Assembly (NCBI RefSeq): GCF_006345805.1
Contig: NC_043002.1
Span: 67,580,001-67,644,000, forward strand
DNA length: 64,000 bases
Direction: 5' to 3'
Origin: Octopus sinensis
Taxonomy: Eukaryota
The number at the start of each line of letters is the position of its first letter. The stretch's first letter is position 1. Below are positions 55,258 through 64,000 of this stretch, piece after piece. The translations under genes and the position numbers were made by a program. The notes beneath the pieces are model-generated. The model was given only the letters and a program-made list of their open reading frames with translations. It ran no database searches and had not been told where the DNA came from.

Positions 55258-55810
55258 CAGGGTTATTCAAAAAGAAAGAGCAGATTTTAAATTTATTTTT
55301 AAAACAAACAGTAAGAGACACAAACGCATTCTACATATTTCTTGACAGGGGAAGGTTTAAAGTTTATTTTAAGGCAGTATGCACTCAACATGAGCACCAC
55401 ATGTTGCTCAACAAACATTGAAACCTTTTTCTGTGAAATTTTTATGCCATTCGTAAATTTGCTTGTGTTGTGGTGGATTTTTATTGAATTGGCAGACAAA
55501 TTCACTTTGCACTTGCACAATCGATTCACATGTCTCAAACTGCAGCACACAAAAATACTTTTTTTGTGGCGTCGCCATTTTCTAAGGGATTACATAAATG
55601 AAAATAATGCAACTTTAAATAAAATGAAGAAAATGAAAGATTGAAACAAAATTAGAATATTATTTTATTTAAGGCTTAATTTAATTGATCATGTTCAGCT
55701 ATAAGCTTTAAACCTTTCCCTATCAAGAAATATGCAGAATGTGTTTGTGTCTCTTACCTTTTGTTTTAAAAATAAATTTGAAATCTGCTCTTTCTTTTTG
55801 AATAACCCTG
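55258..55810. mobile_element. Tc1/mariner-type MITE with long TIRs
   Basis: TA|cagggttattcaaaaagaaagagcagatt... and its reverse complement ending ...ctttttgaataaccctg; about 100-bp TIRs. Confidence 0.8.
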
Positions 55811-56439
55811 TCATCATCATCATCATCATCATCATCATCGACTAACGTCTGTTTTCCATGCTGGCATGGGTTGGATGGTTTGACTGAGGTCTGGAGAGGC
55901 ACTGTCTGCACCGTGCTCCAATCTAGTCTGGCAGAGTTTCTACAGCTTGATGCCCTTCTTAATGCAAACCACTCCAAGAGTGTAGTGGGTGCTTTTCATG
56001 TGCCACCAGCACCGGAGCCAGTAAGGCGGGTGTGGCAATGAACACATTCAGATGGTGCTTCTCAAGAGCCACTGGCACAGGAGCCAGTCAAGGGGTACTA
56101 GCATCTGTCATGATCGGTCGGTGCTTTTTACATGCCACCGGCACAGGGGCCAGTCAAGCAGACCTGGCATCGACCACATTCAGATGGTGACTTTTACATG
56201 CCATCGGCATGGGAGCCAGCCAGGGGGCACGGGTACCAGCTACAATATTGGTTTTATTCGACTCAATAGGTCTTCTCGAGCATATCATATCGCCCGACGC
56301 ATCAGGAAAAATTGAATAAAATAGAGTCAAGAAGGAGTATGGTTAGACAGCTATTTAAATAAAGGTGAATGAGCTCTATTTTGTACTCCACCATGTTCCT
56401 AATGGAATACACCTTAAATATATATATATATATATATAT

Positions 56440-56658
56440 GCTAGGGAGGGCTGAAAAGTTCCTGGCTTTAAGGGTATCATGAAAGGCTTGGCTGGAGGCC
56501 CAACTTTCCAAGTTATTTTACAGGACTTATAAAAATGGAAAGGCCACTGCAATAAGTGTGTGAATCTGAGAGGGGAATATGTTGCATAAAATCATAATTA
56601 ACTGATTCTCCTCTATTTTCTTTTACCCAAAGCCAGGAACTTTTAAGCATCCTCTTGT
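56440..56658. mobile_element. Mariner-derived MITE (same family as 51175-51399)
   Basis: gctgaaaagttcctggcttt ... caaagccaggaacttttaagca. Confidence 0.75.
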
Positions 56659-56692
56659 ATACATACATACATACATACACACATACATACAC

Positions 56693-56725
<33 letters not shown>

Positions 56726-56762
56726 CATGCATGCATGCATGCATGCATACATACATACATGC

Positions 56763-56835
<73 letters not shown>

Positions 56836-56999
56836 ATATATATATGTTTAAATTTACGTATTCATTTTGTAAGATTCTTGATGTGAACTCGTGTGTTGAA
56901 ACAGATATTATTGCATTTGGGGATGGTCATGTTGCCAGTTTAGCCTATGAAAACACACGCACTATTTATTTGGTGTTCGCTTGCTTCAGCTTTATTTCA

Positions 57000-58500
57000 T
57001 ATTAATTATATTTCAGCCAGAGTCCTTTCATTACACCTCTGTGACCTCATCAGTGGTCCTTTGCATTTTTCTTTCTTTGTGTCTCTCCTTCCTAACGATC
57101 TGCCATTTTGTGTTCCTGTTGTATGTGTCTTTATTTGTGCATGCATATATCCCTGTGTGTGTCTATGTTTCTTAACTGTGTGTGTGTGGGGGGGAATGTG
57201 TATGGTACCTGCATTATCAGTATCCTCTGTTTATTAACGTTCATTTTATTTTATTTTATTTATTTGTATTTATATACTTCCTTTTTTTTGTATTAATTTA
57301 TTATATTTTATTTATGTATTTAATTACTTAATTCCATTTATTTATCTATTATTTATCTAGTATTAATTTCATATTATTATTAGTTTATGGGGATCTTATT
57401 CTGTCATCAGGTTGTGGTGTGGTGTGTGTGTGCTAATGTTCCATTCTTGTTTTCTATTTAGGTTAGCTTTATCTTCTATTATGTGTGTAGCTTCTGTAAT
57501 CTGTCTTCCCTCTGTAAGTTGTCTGGTTACTGCACTGTCTCTCTGTACATTTTATTCTATAGACTACATTCCTAGCTTTACAGTTTGTTTGTCGGCTAAC
57601 TCTACATACAATACAGTTCCTATCGGTACAGTGGGTTCTATTAAAAGGGTAGGTTCTACCGATTAGGGTTTTGAAAAAGGTTACCTGGCCTTTCTACAAC
57701 CTTAATTCTTAGCTTAAGCTTGTCTAGGGCCCTTCTAAAGCAGTATGCCAGTTCACCTGTAGGGGTGGTTGTCGACGAACATGACACTGGTATTTGTGGC
57801 TATCATACCATGAGTTGGCCTTCCTTATTTTCTTCTTAGTCCTTTCAATGGTATTCCATGACTTGCTCCTATAGAGTGGGTAAATCCCATTCTTATCATT
57901 ATGTATGATAGTTTCAAATTTCCTCATGGCTCCTTTATATACTCTGATTCTTTCTCTATGGTTGTATCCTGAGAACTGCATGTGGTGGATGAAGTGTTGT
58001 ATGTATCTCTTTAACTCTGTAGGATCACACAAGCAGGACACATTTCTCATTATTCTGATGAGGTCTGCTATCAATATATTGAATTTTGTATTGTCCGTGA
58101 TAGCTGAGTTCCAGTGAATCAGGTATTTAGAGGCCATAGTTTTGGAATAGTGTGAATGGAGGATTTGGGTTTTATTATTCACTGTTTCCAGCCAGTTTTG
58201 TATCTGGTATTGGTAGTCTATGGCTAGGGTTTTTTGTAGTAATCTATTGTGACCATAATACTCTGGTGGATGGAGTTAGCGGTTTGCTGGATGCTCTCCA
58301 TAGTATTAGTTTCTATTTCAAGTTCAAGGGTACTCTTAACACCTGTACCTCTACTGTTTGTCATTTATATTTTATTCACCTGTCTCAGAATCTGCCCTTC
58401 ATAAATATTATGGACTGTATATTTAATATAATGTAACTGTCTGAATAGCTCAAAAGCAGATTTCTTAACTCAGCTGGGTCTGGTTGTCTACATACACTGC
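57000..58500 (-). mobile_element. Decayed Penelope-like element (RT thumb ORF 57724-58182) with a degenerate hammerhead-like motif at 57018-57056
   Basis: ILHSHYSKTMASKYLIHWNSA...KFNILIADLIRIMRN...MQFSGY resembles PLE thumb regions; downstream cca-CTGATGA-ggtcacagaggtgtaat-GAAA-ggactc-tgg. Confidence 0.65.
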
Positions 58501-58984
58501 ATAAATAGAGTATGATAGCAGGACAAAGATAGTTGTCTTACCATAGAGGAGATGTTTGGTTACCCCAGTAGGACAAAGAAGGAGAAAGAGAGTGAAAGAG
58601 AGTGAGACAAAGATAGAGAGACTGTGAGAGAGAGAGAGATAAAGAGAAAGATAAATAGATGGTATTGGAGATGTATTGGGGCCAACCTGCAGGGAAATAC
58701 AGCAATCCTTTCATTTGTTCTTTCAGTGTTTTAATCATCATGCCCAAGGTCATGCTGGAGCACTGCTATATTGTAGATTCACCATGAAAAAGGAATGCCA
58801 TTACCATGAAGGTGGAGGAATGACGGAGTCATTAAAGCATTGAATAAGATCCCTTCTGCTATTTGTTGTGGTCTCTGTGTTCTAGGTTCAAACCTTGCCA
58901 AAGTCAACTTTACCTTTCATCCTATTGATCAGAATCAGTGAATGAAATATCAGATAAGAACTAAGATGATTGATTCTTCTTTAT

Positions 58985-58993
58985 TTATCCCCC

Positions 58994-59028
<35 letters not shown>

Positions 59029-59342
59029 CCTCTCTCTCTCCCTCTTTCTCCCTCTCTCACTCCCTCTCCCTCTCTCTCCCTCTTTCCCTCTCTCACCTTC
59101 TCTCTCCCCTCCCACCCTCTCTATCCCCCTTCTTTCTGCCCCATCTCTCCTCTTTCTACCTCTCTACCCTCTCCTTTTCTCCTCTCCTGCTCTCTCCTTC
59201 TCTCCCTCTCTATCCCCTCTCTACCTCTACCTCTCCCTCCCCTCTCTTTCCCTCTCTCACCCTCCTTCTCTCTCCTCTCTCTCTCTCTCCCTCTCTCCCT
59301 CTCTCTCCCCCTCTCCCCCTCTCCCCCCTCCCCTTCTCTCAG
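58985..59342. repeat. Degenerate (CT)n polypyrimidine tract
   Basis: Directly visible. Confidence 0.95.
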
Positions 59343-60582
59343 ATTTAACCATAGCTGAGGAAAATGGAGTCTTGTGGAAAGCCCAAAGGAAGGAAGCAGG
59401 AAGCCTATGTTGTATTCAGCTACAATAGTTCCATGAGACAAACCTGAAGACACAACCTGAAGACACAAGGAAACTGGAGGAATGGCAGAAACAATAGATC
59501 ACCAGATGACATTTTTCATCACATTTAGTTCCATCCTTCTACATCCTGAATGTAAATCCCATTGGGATTAGCTTATCCTTTTTATCTTTCTGTTAATTAC
59601 ACTGGGATAAATTAAATCATTTATACTCCTTTCTGATGGACCTGTGGTCTTGTACTAAAATAAGAAATCTCGCAACCACATGATCTGAGGTTCAGTCCCA
59701 CTGAGTGGCACCTTGGGCAAGTGCCTTCTACATATATCACCAAGCCAACCAATGTCTTGTAAGTGGATTTAGCATGGTAGACAGAAACTGAAAGAATCCT
59801 ATCATATATTTATATTTGTGTGTGTGAGGGGGGTGTTACTATCTCCTTGTCTTAACATCCTGTGATAGTTGTAAATGAGCATCACTGTCATACAAGCAGT
59901 GTCACTCATTTCCAATCTTCTGTGAGAACATGTCTAGCCATGGAGAAATATCCTGGTGACAGGAAGGGCATCTGCTATAGAAAATGTCTCAATAAATTCC
60001 ATTTAACTCATGCAAAAATGCAAAAGAGGACATTATAACGATGAGGATCACGATGATGCAGACAAGTGTAATGTAGTGGCAAAATGGTTAGAATGCTTAA
60101 CAAAATACTAGAGAGTTCTTACATTCTGAGATCAAATCCTGACGAGGACGACTTTTGTTTTCTATCTTTTCAGGGTTGATAAAGTAAAGCATCAAATATA
60201 GGGGTTGATGAAACTCCTTTCAATACCAACCCATACCAACCCATCCACCCAAAACTTCCCCAGATTCTTTGATACAAAATTCCTATTTTAAATTGATCTA
60301 AATTAAAATCTTTCATCAAATTTTCATGTTAATTTATGCTCCAAATGCCATTTTAATAATGATGAAGCTATTAAATTCTTTATTATTATTTTCCTGGATG
60401 GTCATCAGGGAATGTGGCAAGAAAGCTTGCAAAACAGAGGGATAAATGGAAAACGAGCATGGAGGTCTTATGTGCCAGCTGGCGTGAACAGGATGGATAG
60501 ATAGATAGATAGACAGAAGGACGGACGGACGGACAGACTGACAGACAGACAGACAGACAGGCAGACAGACAGACAGGCAGGC

Positions 60583-60621
<39 letters not shown>

Positions 60622-60714
60622 TATATATATCATGAAATTAGCATTAGTTTATCTCACTCTTTTTCATGGAACCCCTAGGAACTTTTGTGGAACCCCGGTT
60701 GAGAAATGCTGCCA

Positions 60715-60965
60715 TAAAGCCATCATATTTTGGACATATAGCACACCACAAGTCACAGCTTAAGACTATCCTGCCAGGAAGTGAGGAGAGGAAGAGAGCA
60801 AGAGGCCATCAAAAACGTTTGCAGACTAATGACATCAAACAAAAGGCTGGAAACAGGAACCTGGCTGATTATATACAAACAGTACAACACAAAGGGAAGT
60901 GGAGTGTCTTATCAAGCTGATCCCTGAACTCAAGGAGGACACCTGGCTGATGATAGAAGCAGTGA
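60715..60965 (+). mobile_element. RTE LINE 3' end
   Basis: KPSYFGHIAHHKSQLKTILPGSEERKRARGHQKR...KGKWSVLS resembles the RTE C-terminus; followed by (CAT)n. Confidence 0.7.
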
Positions 60966-61161
60966 CTCATTATCATCATCATCATCATCATCATCATCTA
61001 ATGTTCACTTTCTCTTGCTTGCATGGGACAAATAGAATTTGTTGAGACAGATTTTTTTCTACAGCCAATGCCCTTCCTGTTGCCTGTCTTTACCCATTTC
61101 AAACCAAGGTAATATTCCCTATTGCCAGAGATATTTTTCACAGAAGATTGAAGCAAACAAT

Positions 61162-63068
61162 ATTCTTTTCTACTCTAGGCACAAGGCCCGAAACTGGTGC
61201 TTAATTTATTGACCCCAAAAGGATGAAAGACAATGTTGACCTCAGCAGAATTTGAACTCAGAATGTAAAGACAGACAAAATACTACTAAGCATTTCGCCT
61301 GACATGCTAAAGTTTCTGCCAGCTTGCTACCTTATTGAAGCAAACAATATTGCTTGTATGACAATGATGCTCGTTTACAACCATCATCATCATCGTCACT
61401 TTCATCATTTAAGGTTCATTTTCCATGATAACATTGGTTGGACGGTTTGACAGGAGCTGGTGAGCTAGAGAGCCGCACCAGGTTCCAACTTGTTTGCTTT
61501 GGCATGGTTTCTATGGCTGAGATGCCAATCACTTTACAGAGTGTACTGGGTGTTTTTTTGGTGGCAGCAGCACCACTGATTTTTAAGTGGCACCAGCAGT
61601 ATGCTAAGCATTTACAATTGGAAATATCTGTGAAGATAGAGTATATTGGTTTCAAATTTTAGCACAAGGCCAGCAATTTGGGGGGAGGATGTAAGTGAAT
61701 TACTTTGACCCCAGTGCTCAACTGGTGCTTATTTTATTGACCCCAAATGGATGAAAGGCAAAATTGACCTCAGTAGAATTTGAACTCAGAATGTAAAGAC
61801 AGACAAAATGCTGCTAAGCATTCTACCTGGCACAGTAATGATTCTGCTAACTCACTGCCTTTGAAGATAGAGTATACTAACCCATTTGTGCTGAAATTTT
61901 TCTAGTGAATGAAATTGCCTGAAAATTCACAGACACTATCATTTAGATCTATATAACAACTGAAAAGTATTTCATTGAAATTCGTTTGATACAAACTGCA
62001 TACACATTAAGAACATGTTTCATTCTTTGATACAGATCATATACAAATCACAATTTGTATCAAGTATTTGTTTTATACCCTTATAAATTAAGTATCAGTT
62101 TAAACGGACGATTGGCGTGAATGGGTTAAAATCCCTTTCTATTGTAGACACAAGGCTTGAAATTTGGAGCAAGAGGGCTTAGTCAACTACATCAACCCCC
62201 TTGCTTATGTGATATTTATTTTATCAACCCTGGAAGAATGAAAGGCAAAGTCGACTTCAGTGGAATTTGAACTCAGAACATGAAGATGAGCAAAATGCTA
62301 CTAAGCATACCGGCAAATCTGCCAACTTGCTGCCTTAACACATATCACATCAACCCCCATATTTAACTGGTATGTATTTTTATCAACCCTGAAAGGGTGA
62401 AATGTAGAGCTGACCTCAGTGGAATTTGAACTCACAACATAAAGATAGATGATATGATACTAGGTACTTTGTCTGGTGTGCTAACGATTCTTTTCTACTC
62501 TTGGCACAAGGCCCGAAATTTAGGGTGCAAGTGGTCAGTGGATTAGATCAACCCCAGTACGCAACTTGTACTTAATTTATCGACTCCCAAAATGATGAAA
62601 GGCAAAGTTGCCCTCAGTGGAATTTGAACTCAGAACGTAAAGACAGACGAAATGCTGCTAAGTATTTCGCCTGGAATGTTAACGATTCTTTTCTACTCTA
62701 GATACAAGGCCCGAAATTTTTGGGGCGGGGGCCAGTCAATTAGATTGGTACTTAATTTATTGATCCCAAAAGATGACAGGCAAAGTTGACCTCAGTGGAA
62801 TTTGAACTCAGAACATAAAGACAGACAAAATACCTATTTGTTTACTACCCACATGGGGCTAAACACAGAGGAGACAAAAAAGGACAGACAGACGGATGAA
62901 GTCGATTATATCAAGCCCAGTGCGTAACTGGTACTTATTTAATCGACCCCGAAAGGATGAAAAGCAGAGTCGACCTCAGTGGAATTTGAACTCAGAACAT
63001 AAAGACAGACAAAATACCACTAAGCATTTCGCCTGGCATGTTAACATTTCTACCAGCTCACTGCCTTA
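61162..63068 (-). mobile_element. Cluster of about 7 co-oriented SINE family B copies
   Basis: Repeated gaaaggatgaaaggcaaagtcgacctc...gaatttgaactcagaac units; the first copy has an 18-bp TSD attgaagcaaacaatatt. Confidence 0.88.
61881..62125. mobile_element. piggyBac-type MITE
   Basis: ctaa|cccattt ... gaatggg|ttaa. Confidence 0.5.
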
Positions 63069-63549
63069 ACACAGAGCATATTAAAATGTTTTAGAAACAA
63101 CACCATTTCTCAGCTTAACATTACATTACACAAACCAAATAAAAATAATTTTACAACATTTTAAACATCAAAACATTAAAAGTACCTCATCGATGTATTA
63201 GTTCAAACTTTTTCTCAGTAATATCACCAAAACCCTGTATTAACTGCTGCTATTTATGAAATTTGTGTCATATTTTTTGCCACTTCAGTTTGATGTTTTA
63301 GTCTGTTTTAGTCTGTGTTGGCTTGGCTTGATGACATATTTCTCAGCTGTTAGCAAAAATAATTTACTTCTAAACTGACCTGAACCATTACCACGCACTT
63401 CTTTTTTTTTTTAAAGTTTATTATTTTCTTTTTGTTTTTCTGCTTTGCGTTTTTTTAATTTTATTCTGGTTTGTGTTCTTTATTTTATTTTTCTCCCCCC
63501 CCCCGTTCTTTCCAGAATTAATGTTAATGTTATCACTGAAGCAGATGCA

Positions 63550-64000
63550 AAATCATCGTAGTTGTCGTCGTCGTTGTCATCTTTATTGGACTTCACTACC
63601 AGCACCACCACCAACAACAACAACATCATCATCATCACCATCACCATCATTATCACCACCACCACTTCCACTCCACCACTACTACCATTGCCATCATCAT
63701 CTTTATACTCATTATCTTCACCACCACCACTACAACCGACAGCAACAACATCACTATCATCACCATCACCACCAATAACAACAACATCATCATTTTCATC
63801 ACTTTCTTTATCACCACCGCTCAACCATCACCCCACCATCACCACCATTGCCACCACCATCTTTTTCCTCTTCATCATCTTCACCACCAACAACAGCATC
63901 ATTATTTTCATCACCCTCCTTATCACCACCCCAACAGCTCCACCACCACCCCACCACCACCACTGCACCATCACCACAATCATTTTCCTCTTCATCATCT
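63550..64000. repeat. CAC/CAT/CAA low-complexity tract with higher-order ~100-120-bp repeats
   Basis: Repeated ...ttttcctcttcatcatct and ttttcatcac...ttatcaccacc blocks. Confidence 0.8.

Noticed and set aside
57724-58182. 152-aa ORF as a host gene
   Set aside because: It resembles a Penelope-like RT thumb region; annotated as a mobile element.

Overview
AT-rich, microsatellite- and transposon-dense animal genomic DNA; the SINE repertoire and (TA)n/(CA)n/(CAT)n load suggest an octopod cephalopod (inference). Almost all ORFs in the supplied track are microsatellite or transposon artefacts. The only host coding sequence I can support is a pair the ORF track missed: two intact, paralogous 167-nt first coding exons of an EFHD1/2 (swiprosin)-type EF-hand gene on the minus strand (25174-25340 and 47099-47265). 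Their 55-aa products are 39/55 identical, they share a phase-2 GTAAGT donor, and each has a conserved upstream block and a conserved intronic block. I found no EFHD exons 2-4 between them or elsewhere in the window by eye, which suggests duplicated alternative promoters/N-termini spliced to shared exons left of the window. Other highlights: a near-perfect 414-bp inverted repeat of a Penelope-like element end with a type I hammerhead ribozyme in each arm (51681-52837); a CpG-decay pattern in SINE copies marking methylated flanks (~1-21 kb, ~49-64 kb) around a CpG-retaining core holding both promoters; and a LINE 3' end sharing its tail with a major SINE family. The rest is SINEs, RTE, CR1/L2 and Penelope remnants, a decayed mariner, and hAT, piggyBac and Tc1/mariner MITEs. 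Repeat boundaries are approximate unless TIRs/TSDs are cited.
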